From assembly GCA_017549425.1 (NCBI GenBank), contig JAFYUV010000017.1, positions 136,750-200,749 of the forward strand: a DNA stretch of 64,000 bases, read 5' to 3'. The DNA is from Clostridia bacterium. Its GTDB lineage: Bacteria; Bacillota; Clostridia; TANB77; CAG-465. A model generated the notes under the pieces. It saw only the letters and a program-made list of their open reading frames with translations. It ran no database searches and had not been told where the DNA came from. Shown in pieces: positions 19,055 through 29,809 of this stretch (position 1 is its first letter; the number at the start of each line of letters is the position of its first letter). The position numbers and the translations under genes are program-made.

Positions 19055-20038
19055 CTAAGAATGACTCAATAAATATTCTAAAATTTGCGCTGCATTTGAC
19101 GCCGCGCCTTTTCTAATATTATCTGCGACAACCCACATATTAATTCCATTTTTTACACTAAAATCTCTTCTTATTCTGCCTACTAAAATGTCATCAATTC
19201 CATCTGCCTTTTCATTTAAAGGATAAATGTTAAAACGTGTATCGTCCATAACAATAATCCCTTCAGTTTTATTTAGTAATTGTTTAAGTTCATCTATATC
19301 AAATTCATTTTCTAGTTCAATGTTTATACTTTCTGAGTGACAGTTAAGTACAGGAACTCTTACGCACGTTGCTGTTATATTAATAGTATAATCATCTAAT
19401 ATTTTATGAGTTTCATTAATCATTTTTAATTCTTCTTTTGTATATCCTGTCTCCACAAAATCGTCTATCTGCGGAATACAGTTGTTATATATTTTGTGAG
19501 GAAATTTTTGATGTTCTAGGCCTACAGAGGTTAATTTGAAATCCTCAATCCCTTTTTGCCCAGCTCCAGAAACGGCTTGATAAGTAGAATAAACTATTCG
19601 TTTGATCTTATATTTATCATGTATAACTTTAAGAGGAACTACCGCTTGAATAGTTGAACAGTTTGGATTAGCTATTATTTTTGCGTCTATAGCTTTTGTT
19701 ATATTTACTTCTGGGACAACTAACGGAATGTTTTCATCCATTCTAAATGCGCTACTATTGTCTATAACTATAGTGCCGTTTTCGGCAAATTTGGGAGCAA
19801 AGTCTTTAGATATTTTCCCACCAGCAAAAAACATTGCATAAGTAAATTTTTCTTTTGGAGTATCTTCTGTTAATTCTTGTATTGAGTATTGTTTCCCTAA
19901 TAGTTTTACTTTTTTGCCTGCAGACCTTTTAGAAGCAAAAAGAAAAAACTCGTCTATTGGGAGTTTTTTCTCTTCTAATACTTTTAAAAATGTTGAGCCA
20001 ACAAGGCCAGAGGCTCCAATAATTGCACATGTAATCAT
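19055..20038 (-). CDS. asd: Aspartate-semialdehyde dehydrogenase
   Basis: NAD(P)-binding motif IIGASGLVGS and the Asd catalytic region; start chosen at MITCAI with RBS AAGGTGA (the ORF could extend to 20056). Confidence 0.85.
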   Translation of the reverse strand: MITCAIIGASGLVGSTFLKVLEEKKLPIDEFFLFASKRSAGKKVKLLGKQYSIQELTEDTPKEKFTYAMFFAGGKISKDFAPKFAENGTIVIDNSSAFRMDENIPLVVPEVNITKAIDAKIIANPNCSTIQAVVPLKVIHDKYKIKRIVYSTYQAVSGAGQKGIEDFKLTSVGLEHQKFPHKIYNNCIPQIDDFVETGYTKEELKMINETHKILDDYTINITATCVRVPVLNCHSESINIELENEFDIDELKQLLNKTEGIIVMDDTRFNIYPLNEKADGIDDILVGRIRRDFSVKNGINMWVVADNIRKGAASNAAQILEYLLSHS

Positions 20039-20095
20039 AAACATCACCTTATACAATTATATTAAAATTTTTTAAATAAATTACTTAAATTAGGC

Positions 20096-21022
20096 TTATT
20101 GTATTTTATTTAATAGTTCTATATCTTCCGGTTTTATTGAAATTTCTATATCGTTTAAATAGCTAAGATATGAAATTTTATCTAAATTAAATTTATATTT
20201 ATATGCTATTAAAACTTGAGAATTCACTTTAAATAGTTTGTTTATTTCATTTGTTGAGTATTTAGGGTCCCCTATGACAGGACATCCGATGTGTTTCATA
20301 TGAGCTCTAATTTGATGAGTTTTACCAGTATGAAGAGTTATTTCTAAAAGTGAAGTATTGTTTTTTTTGTTATATTTAATAATGTTATATTCAGTAATTA
20401 TTTTTTCACCGTTAGGCACTTCTTTATCTTTAACTGTAACAAAATTGTCTTTTGAATTTTTTACAAGATATCCAATAAGAATGTCTTGCGGTTTAGGGGG
20501 TTTAGAAAACACACAAGTTAAATACTTTTTACATATTTTATGATTTTTAAAAGCGCTTAATAGTTCAGAATAAGCGGTATCATTTTTGGCAAAAAGTACA
20601 ATTCCTTCTGTGTTAGTATCCAATCTGTGGCAAATATTTAAGTTATTACCGCTTTCGTTTCTTACTAATTGTTCTAGATACACTTTATTTGAATTCTGTG
20701 TATTAGTATATTTGTGTGTTTCATTACAAGAAAACATTTTAGCAGGCTTATATACAGCTAAAATATTTTCATCTTCATACACACGTTTTAAATTAGTTCT
20801 TGTGCCAAAAAGCAAATCGTCATTTAAATATATTTCTATCACATCTCCATAAGACACTACATATTCTTTTGTAACTCTAATTTTATTTATTTTAACATCT
20901 TTTACTCTAAACAATTTATTAAGATTTCCAACTGTCAAATTTGGGAAATAATTGCTTATAACTTTATATATGTTTTGGCCAACATACTTTTTATTTTCTT
21001 TTTCAATAATTAAACTTCTCAT
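20096..21022 (-). CDS. RluA-family 23S rRNA / tRNA pseudouridine synthase
   Basis: 308 aa with catalytic HRLDTNTEGIVLFAKN and a C-terminal ...THQIRAH... block. Confidence 0.75.
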   Translation of the reverse strand: MRSLIIEKENKKYVGQNIYKVISNYFPNLTVGNLNKLFRVKDVKINKIRVTKEYVVSYGDVIEIYLNDDLLFGTRTNLKRVYEDENILAVYKPAKMFSCNETHKYTNTQNSNKVYLEQLVRNESGNNLNICHRLDTNTEGIVLFAKNDTAYSELLSAFKNHKICKKYLTCVFSKPPKPQDILIGYLVKNSKDNFVTVKDKEVPNGEKIITEYNIIKYNKKNNTSLLEITLHTGKTHQIRAHMKHIGCPVIGDPKYSTNEINKLFKVNSQVLIAYKYKFNLDKISYLSYLNDIEISIKPEDIELLNKIQ

Positions 21023-21102
21023 AAAGTAATTATATTAAAATTTATTTACTAATTCAACAAATGGTGTTGTAAAATGTAGTAAATATTGAAAAAAAACGGA
21101 GC

Positions 21103-23622
21103 TTGATATATAATTTAGGGGTGTTTAAGGAGAAAATTAAAGTGAAAATTAAAGGCATAATAACTAAACTGGAAAATGTTTTTGATATACTTGTTTGTTT
21201 GCTATTGTGTATTATTACTATATCTAAAGGCGGCTTTTATAAAGAGGATATTTTGTTCCCTACAGTAGCAATTACTTTTTTAGGATTAGGTTTAGTTATA
21301 ATAAAATTGATTAGAAATATAAAAAACAATGGGATAATAAACAAGAGCAAACTTGTCACTGTATTAGATTTGGGTATGCTATTATTGCCACTATGTTATA
21401 TATTACCAATAATTTTTAGAAAAAGTGTCAGTTTAGAAAATTCGATATTTGAGGCGATTAGGTATATTAATTTTAGCGTTATTTATTTTATAGTTAGAAG
21501 CAGTAAAAATAAAGAGATGTATTTAAAAACTTTATTAATTCTTGCATGTATGGTAGCTTTATTTGGTATAGATGAAATGTCGTACAGACTATTAGAAAAT
21601 GTGTTTCCTAACAATACTATTGGTTATCTTAGTGATAATATGGGGAATATATCATCTGTAGTTCAATATGCTAATATTGCAGCTATTATAATGTTAGTGG
21701 GCTATACAATAGCTTTATATATGTATGAAAAGACTAAAAGTAATGTATATGTATTTTTGAATATATTATTGCAGGCTTGTATATTACTAACATCTTCAAG
21801 AATGGGACTTGCTCTGCTTCTAGGAATAGTTGTTTTATTTGAAATATATTATTTAAAAAATAAGCTACAAAAGAAAAGTTTATTAGTGGTTTTAAATAGT
21901 GTTGTAGCAATAATGCTTTCAGGAATTATTTCCTATTGTTCAGAGTTAAAACTATATATTTTAGCTATTTTAGCGCCTGCTATTGTATATGTTTTTGTTA
22001 TTATTATTGGGGCCTGGTTCTCAAAAATTAGCCAGAAAAAACAAAAAAAGAAAGTAAATATTAAAAGGAATTTGGTGGCTGTAACTCTTCTTGTTGTATT
22101 AATTTTTGTAATAAGTATAATACCAACAAATTTGGTCATTAACAGTCAGGAAACTCAAAACAGAAAAACTACTAACTTTATATTAGGCGAAAATGAAATT
22201 AGCATAAAACTAGATACAGAGAAAAATTCAAAATATTCAGTAGTAATTTACCAAATTTATGAAGATTTTAAACCGGAAAAAATATATGAAATAACAAGTG
22301 AAAATGTAGTTAATAACGAGATAACTGCAAAAGTTAGAACTTCTCCAGGCGCTAAATTTATGCAATTTGACTATATTGTTGAAGAGGGGAAAATAGAGGT
22401 AGTAGATTTACGAGTAAATGATACAAAAATTATAACATCATATCTTTTTTTGCCAGATAGATTGGCGTTTAGAATAAAAGATAGTATTACTTTAGATTTA
22501 AATAATACATTAAGATTTGAATATTATAAAGATGCCATAGATATATGGAAAATTTCCCCTATTTTTGGAGTAGGTGGAGAGGGGTTTAAATTAATGTACC
22601 AAATGGTACAAGATAGCACATATATTTCTTCTGAAGTGCATAGCTCTCCATTACAAATAATGGTTGAATCAGGCGTGTTAGGCGGCTTTAGTTACCTTTT
22701 AATAAATATACTAGCTTTTATCATATTAATTAAACTAATTAAAAATAGTAACGAAAAGACGGAATGTTTTACGTTGTTGCTAGCATTGTTTGCTATTAAT
22801 ATAATGGCGTTGTTTGATTTAACTATGTCTTTTGCCATAATGACATATATATTAGCTGTTATTATAGGTGTTGCAGCAAATGTTTGTAATAAAAGTGATT
22901 CTAATGTTAAAGATAGATACGACGTAGATAATAAATCTGGAATTTCTATGATAAACTTATGCGTTTTAACAATATCTTCTGTTATATTAGCGCTAGCTCT
23001 TTCATATTCAATAAACATATATAGGGCTAGTATGATTGCACTTCCTAAAGTTCCAGAAAAAGGAAGTGAATACTACAGTGACAAACTATATGAAAAAATA
23101 GTTTATCTTGAGAAGAAATTGTCATTAGATAAATATAATGCAAACTATATGTTTGAATTACATTCTGCATATAAAGACTATATAACAAATTTAAAAAGTA
23201 CTACACTTTCTTTGACAACAGAGGAAGATACAGACTATATAAATAAACAAATAATAGAATATACAGTACGTCAAAAAATGAATGTAGACAACATGATTGA
23301 GTGCGAATACTATAGCAAATATGCACTAGACAAAGTTGCTAGTTGTTATTTAGATAATTTTATTTATTATTCACAGATATTTGAAGATAATTTTGAAAGT
23401 GAAGAGGTAGCTTATACTTTTTACCTTAATTATGCTATAAAATTGATAAGGAGAATTGAAGCTATAGGACCATATAATAAAGTGGCAAATAGTATGTGTG
23501 AGAACTTATGCTATAACTATGTTCAAGAATTAAAAGCAAATAATAAATATTTACAAAGTTTAGCTATAAATAATGCAATACTTGAATTACAATCTATGCT
23601 TGATAAAATTCGAAGTATATGA
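21103..23622 (+). CDS. O-antigen-ligase-family (Wzy_C) polytopic membrane protein with a large C-terminal extracytoplasmic domain
   Basis: 839 aa with more than 10 TM helices; ...LLTSSRMGLALLLG... and HSSPLQIMVESGVLGG resemble the WaaL/Wzy_C ligase motifs; true start may be the GTG 39 nt downstream. Confidence 0.55.
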   Translation: MIYNLGVFKEKIKVKIKGIITKLENVFDILVCLLLCIITISKGGFYKEDILFPTVAITFLGLGLVIIKLIRNIKNNGIINKSKLVTVLDLGMLLLPLCYILPIIFRKSVSLENSIFEAIRYINFSVIYFIVRSSKNKEMYLKTLLILACMVALFGIDEMSYRLLENVFPNNTIGYLSDNMGNISSVVQYANIAAIIMLVGYTIALYMYEKTKSNVYVFLNILLQACILLTSSRMGLALLLGIVVLFEIYYLKNKLQKKSLLVVLNSVVAIMLSGIISYCSELKLYILAILAPAIVYVFVIIIGAWFSKISQKKQKKKVNIKRNLVAVTLLVVLIFVISIIPTNLVINSQETQNRKTTNFILGENEISIKLDTEKNSKYSVVIYQIYEDFKPEKIYEITSENVVNNEITAKVRTSPGAKFMQFDYIVEEGKIEVVDLRVNDTKIITSYLFLPDRLAFRIKDSITLDLNNTLRFEYYKDAIDIWKISPIFGVGGEGFKLMYQMVQDSTYISSEVHSSPLQIMVESGVLGGFSYLLINILAFIILIKLIKNSNEKTECFTLLLALFAINIMALFDLTMSFAIMTYILAVIIGVAANVCNKSDSNVKDRYDVDNKSGISMINLCVLTISSVILALALSYSINIYRASMIALPKVPEKGSEYYSDKLYEKIVYLEKKLSLDKYNANYMFELHSAYKDYITNLKSTTLSLTTEEDTDYINKQIIEYTVRQKMNVDNMIECEYYSKYALDKVASCYLDNFIYYSQIFEDNFESEEVAYTFYLNYAIKLIRRIEAIGPYNKVANSMCENLCYNYVQELKANNKYLQSLAINNAILELQSMLDKIRSI

Positions 23623-23653
23623 TATAAAGAATATAGATTAGAGAGGGAGAAGA

Positions 23654-24439
23654 ATGAAATTTTTACTAGTAGGTGACGTTGTTGGAAACAGCGGAATGAG
23701 CATTTTAAAGAATAACTTGAAGGAAATAATAAAAAAAGAAAGTATAGATTTTTGTATTATTAATGGTGAAAATTCAGCATCTGGAAGAGGTATAAAGGAA
23801 AAACAATATAAAGAGTTGTTAGAATTGGGCGCAGATGTAGTTACTATGGGTAACCATTTGTATTATAGAAAAGAAGCAGCTAAATTATATGAGGAAGAGG
23901 AAAGGCTGCTTATACCAGCTAACGTTACTAATTTAAAAGGTAAAGGATCTATAGTAGTTGAAAAGAATGGAGTAAAAGTAGCTGTTATAAACTTGCTTGG
24001 AAAAGTATATATGGGTGAAGTTAATAACGATTTTGTAACATGTCCATTTAAAGAGGTAAAAAAACAATTAGAAATTTTAAAGAAAGATTCACCAGATTAT
24101 ATTTTCTTAGATTTTCATGCAGAAGCTACAGCAGAGAAAAAGGCTATGGGACAATATTTAAAAGAAGATATTACTTGTCTTTTTGGAACGCATACTCATG
24201 TGCAAACTTCCGATGAAGAAATCATAGAAGGCAGCATGGCATATATTACAGATGTTGGAATGACCGGACCTAAAGATAGTGTAATAGGGTTAAAAACAGA
24301 GATAGCTTTGGCTAGATTTGTGACTGGCGAAAAAATAAAATATGAATGCAGTGAATCAGAACCAATATTTAATTCTGTTATTGTTACAACAGAAGATAAT
24401 ACTAAAAAGCCAGTAAGTATAAAGAGATATAATATATAA
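23654..24439 (+). CDS. ymdB: YmdB-family 2',3'-cyclic-nucleotide phosphodiesterase (calcineurin-like metallophosphoesterase)
   Basis: 261 aa; MKFLLVGDVVG...GENSASGRG...GNH...DFHAEATAEK...GTHTHV. Confidence 0.8.
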   Translation: MKFLLVGDVVGNSGMSILKNNLKEIIKKESIDFCIINGENSASGRGIKEKQYKELLELGADVVTMGNHLYYRKEAAKLYEEEERLLIPANVTNLKGKGSIVVEKNGVKVAVINLLGKVYMGEVNNDFVTCPFKEVKKQLEILKKDSPDYIFLDFHAEATAEKKAMGQYLKEDITCLFGTHTHVQTSDEEIIEGSMAYITDVGMTGPKDSVIGLKTEIALARFVTGEKIKYECSESEPIFNSVIVTTEDNTKKPVSIKRYNI

Positions 24440-24461
24440 ATTTGTAAGATTTAACACGTAT

Positions 24462-24490
24462 TTGACATATTATATAATATATGTTAAAAT
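24462..24490 (+). promoter_or_regulatory. Sigma-A-type promoter flanked by ACACGT-containing palindromes
   Basis: TTGACA, 17 nt, TAAAAT; ACACGTAT just upstream; the perfect 10-bp palindrome TACACGTGTA (24490-24499) overlaps the last base of the -10 element and extends downstream. Confidence 0.45.
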
Positions 24491-24584
24491 ACACGTGTAC
24501 GTATGAGAAATGCATAAATTTGCAAAATAATTTAAAATATGGTATAATATACATATATTGTGCCGAAAGGAAAGGTGTATTAAA

Positions 24585-25634
24585 GTGAAAAAGGGGAGTG
24601 CCCTCCGAACACTAAGATTTATATTTACAACATTAGTGCTATTTGTTTTATCATTTAGTGCGGTTGTGGTTACAATTTTAAATGTATATGTTCCTCAGTA
24701 TATTGCAAGAATAGACGGAGAGGAAGTTGCATATTTCGCAAATCCTGCGGAATTTGATGAGGTTTATGAAAAATTAGTTGAAGAAAAGAAAGCTGATGGT
24801 TTAGAAGTTGAAGTTAGTCTTAAAGGAGCTCCAACTTATGAATTAACATATGTAAGAGATGGAGTTATTGAAGAACAAAACCAATATACTAACCTAAGAG
24901 CTTTTATAGAAACTGAATATACAGTATATAATGTTGCTGTTAAAGGTAAAAATGAAATGACATTTGCATCTAAAGATGAAGCTGATTCATATGCTAAAAA
25001 ATTAAAAGACGCAATAAAATCTTCAGTTAAAGTTGAAGTTGTAGAAGAAAAATTAGACGATATTGTAACTGTTACAGATACAGAAACAGCTAAGAAAACT
25101 TATTCTACATTAGTAAGTAGATACAAACCAGTAGTTAGAACATATAGTTATTCTTATTCAGGAATGGCATATGCTGGATCTAAAGCAACTGGAGAATTAG
25201 GAACGTTATTGACGGGTTCTTGTTATCCTACAGAACGTTCTAAAACAGTATTAACACAAGGATTTGGTAATACTTCTTATTCTACAGGCCATAGGGGGCT
25301 AGATATAGCGTCATACGGTCAAGCAAACGTTAACATATATGCGTTTAAACCAGGAACAGTATCAGCTGTTCAAACAGATCCATATGCATCAACATTTGGA
25401 TGTTATGTAAAAATATATCACGGAACAACTTCTGATGGTGTTGCAGTATATACATTATATGCGCATTTACAATATGGTTCTATTAGTGTAAGTCCAGGGC
25501 AAGCGGTAGGAGCTGGTTCTGTTATAGCTAGAATGGGTACAACAGGTAACTCTTCAGGTGTACACTTACACTTTGAATTACAATCATATAAAAACAATGT
25601 AATGACATTAAATAACCCAGCGTTATATATGTAG
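24585..25634 (+). CDS. Membrane-anchored M23 (LytM-domain) peptidase
   Basis: GTG start with RBS GAAAGGAAAGG; N-terminal TM helix; HRGLDIA...YAHLQYGS...GNSSGVHLHFE zinc-peptidase motifs. Confidence 0.75.
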   Translation: MKKGSALRTLRFIFTTLVLFVLSFSAVVVTILNVYVPQYIARIDGEEVAYFANPAEFDEVYEKLVEEKKADGLEVEVSLKGAPTYELTYVRDGVIEEQNQYTNLRAFIETEYTVYNVAVKGKNEMTFASKDEADSYAKKLKDAIKSSVKVEVVEEKLDDIVTVTDTETAKKTYSTLVSRYKPVVRTYSYSYSGMAYAGSKATGELGTLLTGSCYPTERSKTVLTQGFGNTSYSTGHRGLDIASYGQANVNIYAFKPGTVSAVQTDPYASTFGCYVKIYHGTTSDGVAVYTLYAHLQYGSISVSPGQAVGAGSVIARMGTTGNSSGVHLHFELQSYKNNVMTLNNPALYM

Positions 25635-25788
25635 ATTATTGAATTAAAGATATAAAGTCTCCTCAAGTTTTAAACTTGGGGAGATTTGCTGTTATATTTT
25701 AACTAAATAATAGGTTGATTATATAAATTTTAGAAAACTATAATGAAATAGCATATACGATGTTTAACAAAAAAATATTAAGCCTATC

Positions 25789-25817
25789 TTGAAAACTTGC
25801 AAATACTTTGGTATAAT
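25789..25817 (+). promoter_or_regulatory. Sigma-A-type promoter with an extended -10 element
   Basis: TTGAAA, 17 nt, TGgTATAAT. Confidence 0.5.
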
Positions 25818-25847
25818 ATCGTTGTTGTAGTATGGAGGTAGTTTTAA

Positions 25848-26267
25848 ATGGAGAATGAAAAGAAGTTTGATACAGAAATGTTTGGCTACGATAAAAAAGA
25901 AGTAGAAGAATATATAAAAGATATGAAAGCGGATTATGAAGGTAGAATTCAACTTGAAAAAGCTGAAGTTAATAGATTATCTAACGAAATAACTATAATT
26001 CGTAAAAAACTAGAAAGATATGATAGTGAGTATCTTGAAAAACAAGAAAAAGTAGCTAATGCATTAATAACTGCTGAAGACCAATCTAAAGCTATCATTG
26101 AAAATGCTAGACAACAAGCAATGAGCGAAAAGAATAGAATTGAAGATTTAATAGAAGCTGAAAAAGAAAAATTGTTAGATATAAAAAAAGAAGTAGTAGA
26201 ATTAAAAGAAAGAACTATAAGAGTTTTAGAAAAATATAATGAGACTATGTCAGATTTGTTAGAGTAA
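25848..26267 (+). CDS. DivIVA-domain coiled-coil protein
   Basis: 139 aa; N-terminal FDTEMFGYDKKEVEEYI DivIVA motif followed by a coiled coil. Confidence 0.6.
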   Translation: MENEKKFDTEMFGYDKKEVEEYIKDMKADYEGRIQLEKAEVNRLSNEITIIRKKLERYDSEYLEKQEKVANALITAEDQSKAIIENARQQAMSEKNRIEDLIEAEKEKLLDIKKEVVELKERTIRVLEKYNETMSDLLE

Positions 26268-26320
26268 TAAATCATAAATTGAAGTCAACTGTAATACCAT
26301 GGAATTAAGGTGATAATTTT

Positions 26321-27457
26321 ATGGATAAAACAGTTGACTTTTTTAACTGCAAAAAGAAACGTAGAATTCGAGAAAGTTTTAACCTAAAAGCAAAAAGGAT
26401 AATAATGAGTGTTGTCGTTGGACTTAATATGTTGTCTTTGAGTGTACTTGCTCTTAATAATTCAATTGTTCAAGAATTAATTTTAGCGTTAGCAACAAAT
26501 GTAAGAGAAACTAAAAATATTGAATTTGCTGTAACTGATGTAACGAAACTATATCCAGTTTTAAATTCAACTAGTTATATTGTGGCAAAAGAGGACACTA
26601 ATGTTGAAATAAAGCAAGAAAATGTGAATAAAGAAGAAACTAATAATGTAGAATTTGATGGTAGTGCGGTCGATGTATTTTCTTTTAATAAAAACGAAAC
26701 ATCTAATCTAAAGATATCATATACTTCAAATTACCAAAAGGCTATGCTTTACGGAATAACTATAACAAATTATGCGGATAAAACAGATATAGATTATGAA
26801 AAAATTATGAATAAAGAATTAAATCTTTCAAGAAAAGTAGATAAAATTTTGTTATATAGTACACATACTTCTGAAACATTTGTAAATAGCGAAGGATACA
26901 AATTTGGATATACAGGAACAATGAGATGTAAAGATCCAAAATATAACATGTTATCTGTGGCTAATGTTTTATCTCAAACACTTACTAGTAAAAATTTCAA
27001 TGTTATTTTTGATACAACGCCTCATGATTATACTTCTTATGATAATGCATATACAAATTCAGCTCAAACAATTAAGAATCAACTTAACAAAAATGGAAAA
27101 TTTGGACTAACAATAGATTTGCATAGAGATGCTTATGGAGATTTGTATGACGGACCAACTGTTAATATAAACGGGAAAGAAGTTGCTCAAATAATGATAG
27201 TAGTAGGTATTGGTACTGAGGGATACGAAAATCTTTATTGGGAGACAAATTTAGCAATTGCTATGAAAATAATGAAGATAGGAGAAGAAATGTATCCAGG
27301 ATTATTTAGACCTATTTTAATAAGAGAATCTAGGTATAACCAGCATTATAATGAGGGCTCAATACTTACAGAAATAGGTAATACAGGTAACACTCATGAG
27401 GAGGTTTTTTATGCTGTTTCTTGCCTTGGAAATATATTAGATAAAGTTTTTAAATAA
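26321..27457 (+). CDS. spoIIP: Stage II sporulation protein P (SpoIIP)
   Basis: 378 aa; ILLYSTHTSETF and DLHRDA motifs typical of SpoIIP. Confidence 0.8.
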   Translation: MDKTVDFFNCKKKRRIRESFNLKAKRIIMSVVVGLNMLSLSVLALNNSIVQELILALATNVRETKNIEFAVTDVTKLYPVLNSTSYIVAKEDTNVEIKQENVNKEETNNVEFDGSAVDVFSFNKNETSNLKISYTSNYQKAMLYGITITNYADKTDIDYEKIMNKELNLSRKVDKILLYSTHTSETFVNSEGYKFGYTGTMRCKDPKYNMLSVANVLSQTLTSKNFNVIFDTTPHDYTSYDNAYTNSAQTIKNQLNKNGKFGLTIDLHRDAYGDLYDGPTVNINGKEVAQIMIVVGIGTEGYENLYWETNLAIAMKIMKIGEEMYPGLFRPILIRESRYNQHYNEGSILTEIGNTGNTHEEVFYAVSCLGNILDKVFK

Positions 27458-27643
27458 AAGGTAGATTATCTCTACTTTTTATTTTTTATACTTGCATTTT
27501 GTTGTATTAAATTATATAATAATTAAGGGATGTTATAAAACATTCTGTGAGTAAAAACAATGTCAAATATATTTAAATTTTTAAGATAGATATAATAATA
27601 AAAGATGTTGTACTTTGAAAAATGAATATGGAGGGATAAAATA

Positions 27644-29191
27644 ATGGAGACAATAATTATAACTATTATTGCTTCGATTGTTGTAGTATTTCCTTCAGCT
27701 TTCTTTATTGGCGACTCTCGTAGACGCCGCATAGCAAAACAAGATTTAGATAGTGCAGAAAATAAGGCCAAGGCAATTTTAGAAGAAGCAAAGCGCGATG
27801 CAGAGAGAATAATAAAAGACGCAAATATTGAGGCTAAAGATGAAGTATTAAAACAAAAAGAAGAGGCAGATAAAGAAATAAAGCAAAAAAGGCTTGAGAT
27901 AAATCAAGCAGAACAAAGAGTTAATCAAAGACAAGATATGATAGACAAACGATTCAATTTGATTGAAGAAAAAGAGATTAGTTTTGAAAGAAAACAAAGA
28001 GAATTAGATAAGAGAGAAAAAGAAATATCTAATATTCAAGAAAAACAACAAGAAGAACTTGTAAGGATTTCTAGGATGACAGTTGAAGATGCTAAAAAAG
28101 AACTTATGAGAAACTTAGAACATGAAATGCAAACAGACATGGCAAGTTATATTGTTGATGCTACTGCAAAAGCTAAATTTGAAGTAGATAAAAAAGCAAA
28201 AGCAATGCTTACATCAGCGATTCAAAGATGTGCAGCTGACCATACTTCAGAAGCAACAATTTCTGTTGTAAATTTACCAAGTGATGATATGAAAGGTAGA
28301 ATAATAGGTCGTGAAGGTAGAAATATAAAATCTATAGAAACATTGACTGGCATAGACATTATAATAGATGATACACCAGATGTAATAGTATTATCTAGCT
28401 TTGACCCAATAAGACGTGAAGTTGCAAGAATAGCAATAGAAAGACTTATGGCTGATGGAAGAATTCATCCAGGTAAAATAGAAGAAATGGTTGAAAAGGC
28501 TAAAGAAGAAGTAGCAAATACTGTAAAAGAAGAAGGAGAAAGAGCTCTATATGAAACGGGTGTAATAAATTTACATCCAGATTTAATACAACTATTAGGT
28601 AAATTAAGATATAGAACAAGTTATGGACAAAATGTATTAAATCACTCAATAGAAGTTTCTCAAATAGCAGGATTACTTGCTGCAGAACTTGGACTTGATG
28701 TAACTTTAGCTAAACGTGCAGGTCTTTTACATGATATAGGAAAATCTATTGACCAAGAATCTGAAGGAACTCATGTAGAACTTGGGGTGGAAATATTAAG
28801 AAAATACAAAGAGTCTGATGCAGTAATTAATGCGGTACATGCTCACCATGGTGACGTTGAACCTAATACTATGGAAGCGGTGTTAATTCAAGCAGCGGAT
28901 GCAGTATCAGCTTCAAGACCAGGAGCTAGACGTGAGACTGTAGATACATATATTAAGAGATTACAAAAATTAGAAGAAATTTGTAATGGATTTAAAGGCG
29001 TAGATAAATCTTATGCAATCCAAGCTGGTAGGGAAGTTAGAATTATAGTTAAGCCAGAACAAATAACAGATTCTGAAGCTATAATAATGGCAAGAAACGT
29101 TGCTAAGCAAATAGAGGCAGAAATGAATTATCCAGGACAAATTAAAGTAAATGTTATAAGAGAAACAAGAGCAGTTGAACTTGCAAAATAA
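27644..29191 (+). CDS. rny: Ribonuclease Y
   Basis: 515 aa; N-terminal TM helix, coiled coil, KH domain (GREGRNIK) and HD domain (LLHDIGK). Confidence 0.9.
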   Translation: METIIITIIASIVVVFPSAFFIGDSRRRRIAKQDLDSAENKAKAILEEAKRDAERIIKDANIEAKDEVLKQKEEADKEIKQKRLEINQAEQRVNQRQDMIDKRFNLIEEKEISFERKQRELDKREKEISNIQEKQQEELVRISRMTVEDAKKELMRNLEHEMQTDMASYIVDATAKAKFEVDKKAKAMLTSAIQRCAADHTSEATISVVNLPSDDMKGRIIGREGRNIKSIETLTGIDIIIDDTPDVIVLSSFDPIRREVARIAIERLMADGRIHPGKIEEMVEKAKEEVANTVKEEGERALYETGVINLHPDLIQLLGKLRYRTSYGQNVLNHSIEVSQIAGLLAAELGLDVTLAKRAGLLHDIGKSIDQESEGTHVELGVEILRKYKESDAVINAVHAHHGDVEPNTMEAVLIQAADAVSASRPGARRETVDTYIKRLQKLEEICNGFKGVDKSYAIQAGREVRIIVKPEQITDSEAIIMARNVAKQIEAEMNYPGQIKVNVIRETRAVELAK

Positions 29192-29248
29192 CGAAAAAAT
29201 GAATAAATAAAAAATTACTTCACAATATAATTGTGGAGTGATTTTTTT

Positions 29249-29713
29249 ATGAGAATAAGGTTAATGAAAAGAGCAGATATACCTGGGGTAGCAAATCTTT
29301 TAGTTGAGTCGTATAAAAAAGAAGATAAAAGCATGAGATGGAATCATGAATATGCCGAAAAATATGTAACAATGTTATATAGACTATGTAAAGATTTATG
29401 CTTTGTTGTTATTTCAAAAGATAAAGTTATAGCTTGTGCTGCATCTGTTGTAATGCCTGAATATGATAAAAATGTTGTGGATTCTAAAATATTATTGGTG
29501 CATCCTGAATATAGGAAACAGGGGTTAGGGAAAAAGCTAATTAGAAAAACTTGCCTTAAAGCTGATGCAAAATATAACATACAAGAAATTGAAACTAATA
29601 TATATACGTTAACTAATTTTCCTATTACTTGGTATGAGAGCATTGGTTTTAGAACTAAAAAACATTATGAAGTAACAAGAGCAAAAATTCAAAATGTTAT
29701 AAATAAAATATGA
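29249..29713 (+). CDS. GNAT-family N-acetyltransferase
   Basis: Start at MRIRLMKRADIPG; acetyl-CoA-binding motif HPEYRKQGLGKKLI. Confidence 0.65.
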   Translation: MRIRLMKRADIPGVANLLVESYKKEDKSMRWNHEYAEKYVTMLYRLCKDLCFVVISKDKVIACAASVVMPEYDKNVVDSKILLVHPEYRKQGLGKKLIRKTCLKADAKYNIQEIETNIYTLTNFPITWYESIGFRTKKHYEVTRAKIQNVINKI

Positions 29714-29809
29714 TAGCAATAAAAATTTATATCGATTTATTTCCAACGCTATCTAAAATATGGAAGTGTATAAGTGTAAATTATAAAAAACAAGAAACTA
29801 CTCGTAAAA

